A stretch of 63,531 nucleotides of DNA, the filler included. It is 6 parts of 6 records of this genome, joined end to end, with 100 filler letters (N's around TTAATTAATTAA, not from the genome) between each part and the next. Parts side by side here need not be neighbours in the genome. Positions count along the whole stretch, not along the records: positions 39,101 to 63,531 come from SRR31156797_14608; 5 more parts are not named here. One strand, given 5' to 3'. Shown here piece by piece: positions 53,001-60,549 of the stretch (position 1 is the first letter of the stretch; every line of letters begins with the position of its first letter). The notes under the pieces are model-generated. The model saw only the letters and a list, made by a program, of their open reading frames with translations, did not search any database and was not told the origin of the DNA. The translations under genes and the position numbers were made by a program.

Positions 53001-53325
53001 AGACAAACCCGTTGACGACCCCTTCCTCAGGCTGATCCTCATGTCCGCATTCGATACGACTGATATTGATGATGATATTCGGAAACAGGCAGAAGATCTT
53101 GTGCTCGAAGTCCTCCAGATATTGAAGCAGACCATTGGCAAAATTGACTTCTGGGATACCCCTGTCAAAGTCAAAGGACTCACGGGAGAGCTGAATGTAG
53201 CCCTTGCAAGTTGTGGCATCCCTGAAGTGAGTGGAAAGATGATAGACATAGCAACCGACCTTGTTGCCTTAGCTAAGGCCAGACATGGGGATCTCCTGGC
53301 TCTAATTGAAAAGAAAGACGGTTAG
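50095..53325 (+). CDS. hsdR: Type I R-M restriction subunit
   Basis: PDIVLFVNGLPLVVVECK nuclease, QIKRY, WHTQGSGKS, DEAHRS, FTGTP, MLLTGFDAP, QTIARVNR. Confidence 0.97.
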   Translation: MSEYAFVEKPFLDQLATLGWQSFDLGQGIPQDPATSFRTSFRETVLKGVFTEKIRAINLTEDGQEWLTDKQLDDLYHEIANQPIATSLLEANENVLKLLFKAQVDVNDMTGEIDPVVKFIDFDNPLNNDFRAINQFRINTPGSVKNFIIPDIVLFVNGLPLVVVECKDSNIFTSNPIYEAITQIKRYSDQREETRAEGLREGEPALFFTNQIVIATCGDKAKFGSITATEKYYFAWKDIYPEEFREFVPPLGKKREQETLIQGMLPPETLLDIIRSCIVFMDVGEIRVKAVCRYQQYRAVNKIVERLRAGDTPKTRSGVVWHTQGSGKSLTMVFLVRKLRICNDLKDYKVMFMTDRKDLEKQLGKTAELTGEKVTYIQSTKDLRNKLGNDASNLNMVMVHKFGEADNGKAPDYLNEALEKIPQYENFGVVNPSDRIAIMIDEAHRSHNKDLGDNVFEAFPQATRIAFTGTPLLSGLSQAPTIERFGGYIDKYRLQDAVDDGATVQILYEGKTADTAIYDKAGFDKKFEDLFKDRSAEDILEIKKRYGATGDILEAEGRIKEIAEDLVDHYIDNILPNGFKAQVVANSKLAAVRYVKYIRQALANRIAAEQSAVQPNEDMIALLQFLQTAAVLSVDGTNDSAAIVNAVKEAKRLNVVANFKKQFDRAKPETGMTLLVVCDMLLTGFDAPVEQVMYIDKKIKEHNLLQTIARVNRISEGKTRGYIVDYIGLANHLQHALSIYAGGEDYDDVQASMLDLTAEIPTLESRYRRLLYLFTSHGLDDIEDFVQQRLDDKREFEFVEEAVDLMEDIKKRADFEVYLKKFLQSMDIILPNSAASSYKIPVKRFGYLLAKVKHRYKDNSLNLAGAGAKVKMLINQHLVGMGIDPKIKPVELLSDQFTESVESNKSTKAKASEMEHAIRKHCKVHFGKDPEAYDRLSEKLENLIKKHKEDWDRLYKSLLALCEEVRKIEDKPVDDPFLRLILMSAFDTTDIDDDIRKQAEDLVLEVLQILKQTIGKIDFWDTPVKVKGLTGELNVALASCGIPEVSGKMIDIATDLVALAKARHGDLLALIEKKDG

Positions 53326-53330
53326 CCCCC

Positions 53331-54023
53331 ATGCCGACATACAAGGACATCGAGTACACCCTCACCCGCAGAAAGAGGAAGACTGCCAGCATCCATATCG
53401 AACGGGATGCCTCTGTCTCTTTGATCGTGCCAGACGAACTTTCTGATTCTGATGTGAACACCTTGATTGAGAAGAAGCGGTACTGGATTTACAAAAGCCT
53501 TGCCGAATGGAATGACCTCAACGCTACCCGTGTGCAACGTGAATTCGTCAGTGGTGAAGGATTCCTATATCTTGGCCGCTCTTATCGCCTCATGTTTGTG
53601 GAGGAACAACGCAAGCCTCTCATGCTTAAAAATGGCTTCTTCTGCCTACGAACCAAGAAAAATGGGAAGACCGTTGCGCCACATGAAGCCTTCAAGAATT
53701 TTTACCGTCAACGAGGGAAAGACCGTATCCCGGAAAGAATTACCCTTTACAAAGACATGCTTGGAGTGAAGCCCTCAGATATTCGGGTCATGGAACTCCA
53801 TCATCGCTGGGCATCCTGCTCTGAAAATGGTGCTCTTAATTTCCATTGGAAGTGCATGATGGCCCCGATCATAATCCTTGACTACATTGTCGTTCACGAA
53901 CTTGCTCACCTCATTCATCTACGACATACAGACGCCTTCTGGAATGAAGTGGACAAAATACTTCCTGACTACCGTGAGCGTAAGAAATGGCTCAAGCAGC
54001 ACGGGGCAGAGATGGACCTGTAA
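53331..54023 (+). CDS. YgjP/M48-like zinc metallohydrolase (DUF45)
   Basis: RWASCS, LNFHW, DYIVVHELAHL..H...FW; the usual neighbour of hsdR. Confidence 0.92.
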   Translation: MPTYKDIEYTLTRRKRKTASIHIERDASVSLIVPDELSDSDVNTLIEKKRYWIYKSLAEWNDLNATRVQREFVSGEGFLYLGRSYRLMFVEEQRKPLMLKNGFFCLRTKKNGKTVAPHEAFKNFYRQRGKDRIPERITLYKDMLGVKPSDIRVMELHHRWASCSENGALNFHWKCMMAPIIILDYIVVHELAHLIHLRHTDAFWNEVDKILPDYRERKKWLKQHGAEMDL

Positions 54024-54074
54024 ACAGATTCAGACGACAATCCTTTCTTTTCACAGTCCACTGAAAGGAGGTTC

Positions 54075-54362
54075 ATGATGCCCAAAACTCTCGCCCGCAA
54101 AAAAGAAATAGAAAAACACAAAGGCAAGCTGGTTCTCGAGCACAGGAAACAGTGGAGGACAGCCCGTGACCTCTTCTCATTTCTGGACGAATTCCAAACC
54201 GAGGCACAAGACACTCCCGGCTTGGACGAGTACATAGCATGGGCTCGAGAATACGCACAGGCAATCAATCCCATCTCCCGGCTCGAACACATAATTTTTG
54301 ACGACCAAAAACTTGAGGATGAGGCTCCCCGCTCTTACCGCTGGAGACTCTACATTTCATAA
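54075..54362 (+). CDS. Small hypothetical protein (possibly a C-terminal remnant)
   Basis: AGGAGG SD; helical W..A..L..F...AWAREYAQAINP. Confidence 0.55.
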   Translation: MMPKTLARKKEIEKHKGKLVLEHRKQWRTARDLFSFLDEFQTEAQDTPGLDEYIAWAREYAQAINPISRLEHIIFDDQKLEDEAPRSYRWRLYIS

Positions 54363-54396
54363 ACCCGCGACCTCTCCCAAACTTCAGCCTAAACAC

Positions 54397-54470
54397 GCTA
54401 CTCCCCCCGTTACTGTATGTCTGACTCAGACATACAGTAACGTTTTTTGGGGGCATACAGTAACGCTTTT
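54397..54470. repeat. Palindromic direct repeat, copy 1
   Basis: GCTACTCCCCCCGTTACTGTATG; perfect 17-bp arms CGTTACTGTATGTCTGA-C-TCAGACATACAGTAACG; third half-site CATACAGTAACG at 54454-54465. Confidence 0.92.
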
Positions 54471-54536
54471 GAGTATTGACATGTAAAGCAAAAACCTTTT
54501 AAAGATTTTTGTAGTACTAATACGAATGGAGACATC

Positions 54537-56297
54537 ATGGAAACGACTCAAGCTTTCAGAGAAAAGGACCTGCGAAAGATTCAAGTTCTGACTGGTGGTT
54601 CGTCTGCGAAAACCCAAAGGCGCCCCACTCAACCTCGACTCTATGAATTTGACGAAGGCGACACACTCTCCTTTGATGAGGGGACACATGGCGTACTGAT
54701 TATTGGTGGAGTTGGCAGAGGCAAGACCGCGTCATTTATGTTGCCCATGGCATCGTCACTGATCGAAAACGGGCTGCCTGGGCTCATCATCGACATCAAA
54801 AACAATTTCACGGATCAAATACGCAAGCTAGCCAAAGCCGCCGGACGTGAAGATGACATCATTGAAATCGGCACGCATACTTCAGCCACTCCCATAAATA
54901 TTCTGGCAGGGCTCAGTTTGGATGAAATGCACCAACTGTTTGAATCGCTTATCATCAGCGGCATGGAGAACAGCCGAAACATAGACTGGCTCCATAAAGG
55001 TATCCGGATACTCAGCGATGTCGCTATGTTGTTACATTACGTGTCACAAAATAATTTACTATTTGTACCCAACTTCGTATTACTCGATAAATGCATTAAT
55101 GATTATGAATTCGCACGCACTGTTTTTAAAATGTACTTGGACAGTGCATACGATGCCGAAGATTACTGCCAACGCGCTTTTGTCACGAGGGTCCAAACTT
55201 CAGCCTTCCATATCTTCACTCCGCAAGACCAAACGACATCGTCCAAGTATGAAGAACAGCTCGCCTTCCAGCTTTACACACCACGGCTGGTCCTAGGAGC
55301 CATCACTTCAGATGATTCTCTGTGCGCCAACCTGTCGGGCATGGATTGCTCGCTCACTCTGGATTACCGAGAACTTCTGAAAAACAATAAGATCGTCCTG
55401 CTCCGCTTCAAACATACGCAGGGACATGCAGCCAAACTGATGGCACGACTGCTCAAAGAAAAATACTACGCGGACATCTATCGTACTTTGGACCAGGATT
55501 ACGAACGCCCTAAACATTGTTTTTTCATGGCCGACGAATACCAAGACGTCATCAACGTCTCACCGGACAACACTTTCGATGACTTTTCTTGGTTTTCTAA
55601 GGCACGTGAATTTGGCTGCATCAACGTGGTGGCTTCACAGGCACTCTCAAGCCTGTATGCAAACAGTTCCCAGCGAGATCAAGTCAATGCTCTGGTTGCG
55701 AATTGCTCCACCAAAATCGTCCTGCAAAACGATGATCCGGCAGCCGATGCTTATTTCCGACACTTCTGCGGCTTGGACAAAACACTCGCTCAACTGGGAG
55801 CAGCCGAAGCACTTGTCTCTCGCTTCGATTTGAAGAAACGCGAACAAACAGTCAAAATGTTGCATTGCAGCCAGGCCTTTAAACGAATACAGGCGCAATT
55901 AGTTCAGCTTAAGGAGGTTACTCCTCCCACAAACGTCTGCAAATCCCACATCAATTTACTACGAAATATTGATACCGTACTGCAACTTCACAAGCTACCA
56001 CGGGCAATCAAAATACGACCTGACTATTTAGAACTGACCACAACCTTCAAAGACCTATTCGAGGACTTGGACGAAGTAAAAATCAGGTACAGAGAAGGAC
56101 TCCATAGTGAAGTCATGGATGCATTGAAAACCCTGCACACAAACTACAGCGGTAAGTTTACTGTCAACGGAATCATTGAAGTCAACTATGGCATCATCTA
56201 CCTCGACATTAATTCAGATTTCGATGTTGAAGATGAAATAGATGACTTCGTACGCGAACTAGTGGAGAAAGGACATGAAGAACAGAAAAACAGATAA
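54537..56297 (+). CDS. VirD4/TraD-like (TraG-D_C) P-loop ATPase lacking a membrane anchor
   Basis: HGVLIIGGVGRGKT (Walker A), GLIIDIK, PINIL, FFMADEYQ (Walker B), SKARE..VVASQ..L.ANC.TKI.L..DD. Confidence 0.85.
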   Translation: METTQAFREKDLRKIQVLTGGSSAKTQRRPTQPRLYEFDEGDTLSFDEGTHGVLIIGGVGRGKTASFMLPMASSLIENGLPGLIIDIKNNFTDQIRKLAKAAGREDDIIEIGTHTSATPINILAGLSLDEMHQLFESLIISGMENSRNIDWLHKGIRILSDVAMLLHYVSQNNLLFVPNFVLLDKCINDYEFARTVFKMYLDSAYDAEDYCQRAFVTRVQTSAFHIFTPQDQTTSSKYEEQLAFQLYTPRLVLGAITSDDSLCANLSGMDCSLTLDYRELLKNNKIVLLRFKHTQGHAAKLMARLLKEKYYADIYRTLDQDYERPKHCFFMADEYQDVINVSPDNTFDDFSWFSKAREFGCINVVASQALSSLYANSSQRDQVNALVANCSTKIVLQNDDPAADAYFRHFCGLDKTLAQLGAAEALVSRFDLKKREQTVKMLHCSQAFKRIQAQLVQLKEVTPPTNVCKSHINLLRNIDTVLQLHKLPRAIKIRPDYLELTTTFKDLFEDLDEVKIRYREGLHSEVMDALKTLHTNYSGKFTVNGIIEVNYGIIYLDINSDFDVEDEIDDFVRELVEKGHEEQKNR

Positions 56298-56703
56298 CTA
56301 CTTTCAACGCGAACAGATGTTTAACCGCTATCTGATCAAGGCTGGCCATAATTTATTAACAGAAAAAGCAAACTACAGAGTTCCTGTAGGTTGGATCAAT
56401 ATCGTCGTAGAACTTTTTAAACGAGTCAGGCAATATCACCCAAACCTCAAAATTGAGAGCATGATTATCGTTGAGCCCTCACACAGTTACGGCAGTAAAT
56501 TCTTTTTTGCATACATAGCGCCCGACAAACAACGGTACGATGACCTCTTGCACAAACCCCGCTCCCTGCGCTGGATCGAACTACAGGCCCGCCGACAAGT
56601 TTATGCAACATGTTCCAGGTGCGGACGACCACTCAAAGGCCCAAGCAAAAAGAACCGTTGTCTGGTATGTGCTCGTAAAAATGGCTTCAAGAGTTTCAAC
56701 TAG
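56275..56703 (+). CDS. Hypothetical Zn-finger protein (phage-associated GW...CxxCG type)
   Basis: VPVGWINIV..., C-terminal CSRCGRP...CLVC; overlaps the ATPase stop. Confidence 0.72.
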   Translation: MKNRKTDNYFQREQMFNRYLIKAGHNLLTEKANYRVPVGWINIVVELFKRVRQYHPNLKIESMIIVEPSHSYGSKFFFAYIAPDKQRYDDLLHKPRSLRWIELQARRQVYATCSRCGRPLKGPSKKNRCLVCARKNGFKSFN

Positions 56704-56745
56704 TCAGCCATTGCCGCGCGCAACGTTGATTGTTACATAAGAAAA

Positions 56746-57393
56746 ATGGAAAACGAAAAGGACGATCTCGACCTCATAGCAGACTTGGACTTGGGCCTGG
56801 ATTTCAAAAAACACATCAGCGATAAGCCTCGCTTGATAGGCTATACCCGTTACGGCCCAACCGAAAAAAATGAAGCCAACTTCGAAGACGACATGGGGTA
56901 TTTAATATCGGACGTGTCATTCCTAGACCAAGCCGGAAGCAAAACCACAGAGCATCGCCCTCAACTCGAAAAATGCATCAATCAACTCAGACAAGGCGAT
57001 CGTCTTAATATTCCATCAATAGATCGACTAGCTAGAAACACCAAAGAATTGGTTGAGCTAATAAAACGAATCGCCGACAAAGGGGTCAGCATTGAATTTG
57101 AACGCGAAGGCATTAAGCTCGATCCTGTATTGCCAGACTTTGAAGAAAAATTGAATCTGATTGAAGGCATTTACAAAGCAGAGCAAGCTGTTGCTCTTGA
57201 GCGACGCAAAGAAGGACTCATCAAGGCAAAAAAGAAAGGCGTTCGTTTAGGCCGCCCCACGAAAGTGTCAGATGAAAAGCGTTCACAGATTCGCAGACGG
57301 CTCGCTGACGGCGAAAAAGCTCCATCACTCGCCAAGGAATATGGGATTTCAGAAAGCCTCGTTTACACAATAGGCCGGGAAGGTGGACGTTAG
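56746..57393 (+). CDS. Resolvase/invertase-family protein lacking the catalytic Ser
   Basis: RLIGYTRYG (canonical GYARVS), RPQL..C...LRQGD....SIDRLARN, ERRKEG..AK..G..LGRP, C-terminal HTH. Confidence 0.85.
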   Translation: MENEKDDLDLIADLDLGLDFKKHISDKPRLIGYTRYGPTEKNEANFEDDMGYLISDVSFLDQAGSKTTEHRPQLEKCINQLRQGDRLNIPSIDRLARNTKELVELIKRIADKGVSIEFEREGIKLDPVLPDFEEKLNLIEGIYKAEQAVALERRKEGLIKAKKKGVRLGRPTKVSDEKRSQIRRRLADGEKAPSLAKEYGISESLVYTIGREGGR

Positions 57394-57438
57394 TTCTTCA
57401 TCTCATGGCACACACCACAACGGCAACCACCTTTAAAA

Positions 57439-57750
57439 TCAATCCCGAAACCAACCGATAGTCGTACGGTATTTCCCAATCCACAACATATGAAGGTACA
57501 TTAGTACAACAAAGACTATCATCCCAACAATGACGTAGTCGGTCATCAGCCACGCACTGATGGAGTAGAGTATTGTCATTGACAGGATAATAATGGTTGA
57601 GAAGCTTCCAGCTGTCACTTGCTGCCCATGCACAGCCTGACAATTACCACAGACAGAAGCTCCCTTGGACACGAATTCTCCACAAAAAGGACATGCTCCT
57701 TCTTCTGCCGTTGCTTGGTAAATAAATCTATTATCCATCGCATTCTCCAA
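57439..57750 (-). CDS. Small Zn-ribbon two-TM membrane protein
   Basis: CPFC..CGNC followed by two hydrophobic helices. Confidence 0.65.
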   Translation of the reverse strand: MENAMDNRFIYQATAEEGACPFCGEFVSKGASVCGNCQAVHGQQVTAGSFSTIIILSMTILYSISAWLMTDYVIVGMIVFVVLMYLHMLWIGKYRTTIGWFRD

Positions 57751-57779
57751 TAGTTATATTAATATTTGCCCGCATTATG

Positions 57780-57805
57780 ATACTTATAGTCTGTAGACTT
57801 ATAGA
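57780..57805 (+). promoter_or_regulatory. C-box (controller-protein operator pair)
   Basis: ATACTTATAGTC-TGTA-GACTTATAG matches the GACT-TAT-AGTC-xGTx-GACTTAT architecture of C.AhdI/C.Esp1396I-type operators. Confidence 0.75.
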
Positions 57806-57837
57806 AGTCAAACTTCCATGCGAATATTTGGAGGAAT

Positions 57838-58083
57838 ATGCGCATGTCTGGAAATTACACGAAGCAGGAAAGAACATTTTTGAAGAGGCTTGGAAAGGCC
57901 ATTAAAGAACGACGGACACAAGAAGGCCTGTCGCAAGAAAGGCTCGCAGAATTAACCGGACTACACAGAACTTATGTAGGCTCGGTTGAACGCGGAGAAC
58001 GCAATATTAGCGCGCTAAACACCAAAGTACTAGCTGACGCTTTAGATTGTCAGGCTAGCGATCTATTTCGAAGAGCCGAATAA
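57838..58083 (+). CDS. XRE-family HTH, R-M controller (C) protein-like
   Basis: LG.AIKERR...GLSQERLAELTGLHRTYVGSVERGERNIS. Confidence 0.9.
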   Translation: MRMSGNYTKQERTFLKRLGKAIKERRTQEGLSQERLAELTGLHRTYVGSVERGERNISALNTKVLADALDCQASDLFRRAE

Positions 58084-58174
58084 AAGGGTACGCAACAAAT
58101 TGCCGAATCAGCCCCTGACCAAATGAAACCGTTTGCCCACCAAATGTACAAAACGATCAAAATGCCCTTCTCCG

Positions 58175-58246
58175 GCTACTCCCCCCGTTACTGTATGCCA
58201 AAATCGACATACAGTAACGCTTTTTGCCACCCCAAAGTAACGCTTT
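58175..58246. repeat. Palindromic direct repeat, copy 2
   Basis: 23-bp identity to copy 1, 12-bp arms CGTTACTGTATG-N10-CATACAGTAACG, third AGTAACGCTTT at the same offset. Confidence 0.92.
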
Positions 58247-58515
58247 GATGTATAAAGACCTACTGCCTGCCTAAACGTTTTTGTAGCCCCCCCCCGCCTC
58301 CATCCTTTCTTAAGACAGCAATCGACCTACATTACGTAGAGTCGCACAAATTAATAATTACAAACAGATACGCCTTACCCATTTTCTTATGTGAACAGCC
58401 AAGAGTTGGATCTGACACTATTCACTTACATATCACTCCGCATTGACTCATGCCTTATTTGTGACTATTATACTTGGTGTAATTAATTTTTATGGCAATT
58501 AAAATAGGCATAATA

Positions 58516-58824
58516 ATGAAAAGGAAACTCCCAATATCTGTCCGTAGCGGATTAAAGAAACTCGGTGACTCCTTAAAGAAAGCCAGACTCCGGAGACGAT
58601 TAAAAATGGTAACCATCGCTGATCGAGCTGGGATCAGTCGTGAGACTTTGGCCAAGATTCAAAAAGGTGATTCAGGTGTGAGCATAGGAAATTATGCAGC
58701 CGTCATTTTCGCTCTTGGCCTGGGTGTTGAGTGGATGGGCTTGGCTGACATCTCGGAAGATAAGGTAGGACAGGCCTTAGATGAAGAGCGCATTCCTCGT
58801 CGCGCCAGAGATATTAAGGCATAG
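58516..58824 (+). CDS. hipB: HipB-like HTH antitoxin
   Basis: LG..LK.ARLRRRL...IADRAGISRETL.KI.KGD.GVSIG.YA.V.FALG; precedes hipA. Confidence 0.85.
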   Translation: MKRKLPISVRSGLKKLGDSLKKARLRRRLKMVTIADRAGISRETLAKIQKGDSGVSIGNYAAVIFALGLGVEWMGLADISEDKVGQALDEERIPRRARDIKA

Positions 58825-58833
58825 GAGTTCACC

Positions 58834-60117
58834 ATGGCCAAAGAAATATATGTTTATGTTGATCTCCAAGAAGGGACTCATCCCGTAGGGACATTGTGGG
58901 TACATGCCAACAATGCAGGGGAAAGTGCGTCTTTTGAATATGCACCGGAGTGGAGGAACTCTCCGTCTAAATTTTCTCTTGAGCCAGCACTGGAAGTTGG
59001 TGAAGGGGCTTTTCACACAGATACAGGCAAATCCTTATTCGGCTCTATTGGAGACTCTGCGCCTGACAGGTGGGGGCGAGTGCTCATGAAACGCCGTGAA
59101 GCTCATGCTGCAAAAGCTGAAAAGCGCAATCCTCGACTTCTTCATGACTCTGACTACTTGCTAATGGTCAACGACTTCTCCAGACAAGGAGCTTTGCGCT
59201 TTGCCGAAACGAAAAATGGCCCTTTCATGGCTGCAGATACAAACGACAGCATTCCCCCAGTCGTTGACCTTAGACGACTTCTAAACGCGTCTGAAAGAAT
59301 TCAGGCTCGCCAGGAACTGGATCAGGACATCAAAGACCTTGTTGATCCGGGTGCCTCCTTGGGCGGAGCACGACCAAAGGCCTCCGTCATTGATACAAAT
59401 GGCGACCTGCTTATTGCGAAATTTCCTAGCCGAAATGATGATTGGGATGTTGAGTTATGGGAGTATCTCTCTTTCAAAATGGCAGAGCGTGCGGGCATTC
59501 CAACGCCTGCCACTCGATTGGAAAAAATTAACGATAAAAATGTACTTCTTCTCAAGCGCTTTGACCGCAGAGAAAAAGGAATTCGAATTCCCTTCCTGTC
59601 TGCCATGAATATGCTGAGTTATTCTGATGGAGCCCACGGTAGCTATATTGAATTAGCCGAGATTCTGGCCCGATATGGATCTGAAACGACATTGGACCAA
59701 AAGGACTTATGGCGTAGGATGGTGTTCAACATCATGATCTCGAATGTTGATGATCATCTTCGAAACCACGGTTTTCTCTATGACGGTTCCGCAGGGTGGC
59801 GACTTTCGCCACTCTACGATCTCGAACCAACGCCGACACACAACAAGCCGAGAGTGCTGCACACTTATATAGACATGTACAATGGTACAGCTTCTTTAGA
59901 TCTTGCTTACAGTGTGGCAGACGAATTTGACCTCAATTTGAACGAAGCACGCAAAATAGCTAAAGAGGTGGCAGAAGCAACAAGAAATTGGGCCTACGAA
60001 GCTGGTCGACTTGGAGCAGACAAAAATGACATTGAAACCATGAGTTCTGCATTTAACCATGACGACCTAAAGTTGGGGCTCAAGGCCAAGGTTATTATCG
60101 GAAACTCCCGTGCCTGA
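58834..60117 (+). CDS. hipA: HipA-family serine/threonine kinase toxin
   Basis: DSAPDRWGR, SLGGARPKA, AKFP, RFDR, NVDDHLRNHG, LSPLYDL. Confidence 0.94.
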   Translation: MAKEIYVYVDLQEGTHPVGTLWVHANNAGESASFEYAPEWRNSPSKFSLEPALEVGEGAFHTDTGKSLFGSIGDSAPDRWGRVLMKRREAHAAKAEKRNPRLLHDSDYLLMVNDFSRQGALRFAETKNGPFMAADTNDSIPPVVDLRRLLNASERIQARQELDQDIKDLVDPGASLGGARPKASVIDTNGDLLIAKFPSRNDDWDVELWEYLSFKMAERAGIPTPATRLEKINDKNVLLLKRFDRREKGIRIPFLSAMNMLSYSDGAHGSYIELAEILARYGSETTLDQKDLWRRMVFNIMISNVDDHLRNHGFLYDGSAGWRLSPLYDLEPTPTHNKPRVLHTYIDMYNGTASLDLAYSVADEFDLNLNEARKIAKEVAEATRNWAYEAGRLGADKNDIETMSSAFNHDDLKLGLKAKVIIGNSRA

Positions 60118-60234
60118 CGCAGAAACAGGGGGGGGCACTCACCCCCAAGAATTTGAATTCAATGGGGATGGCCAACGCTTTACAAAGCCATATAAGTGAC
60201 TAATTTTAAAATACAGAATGAAGGATTGGGTAAT

Positions 60235-60438
60235 TTATTGCCAAATCGAATCCGCCTCTATTTTCTTCTGAAGCCAATCCTCCACAATTTGCATAGGCCA
60301 ACCGAGCCTTCTACCCAAATGGATAGGGCGAGGGATTGCATCAAAGTTACGCCGTTGCCAATGACTACGGATGGCTGCGCTAGTTGTTCCTAGCAATTCC
60401 GCAAGCTCGTAGATATTCAAAACTTTTTGATTACTCAT
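60235..60438 (-). CDS. AlpA-like HTH regulator
   Basis: LNIYELAELLGTT...IP.PI.LGRRLGW....EDWL. Confidence 0.8.
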   Translation of the reverse strand: MSNQKVLNIYELAELLGTTSAAIRSHWQRRNFDAIPRPIHLGRRLGWPMQIVEDWLQKKIEADSIWQ

Positions 60439-60549
60439 GATTTTTTCTCCTCTTCGAAATTCATCATGAGTTATCAATAAACTGACAATACAAAATGCGA
60501 CTATCTACGATTTTCTTTTCACACAGCTGATTTTTTTGGAAGCAAACGT

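Noticed and set aside
54408-54442. TACTGTATG...CATACAGTA as a LexA SOS box
   Set aside because: CTGT and ACAG are 16-17 nt apart in the two copies, not the required 8.
54397-58246. Palindromic repeats as a CRISPR array
   Set aside because: There are only two copies, 3.8 kb apart, with no regular spacers and no cas genes.
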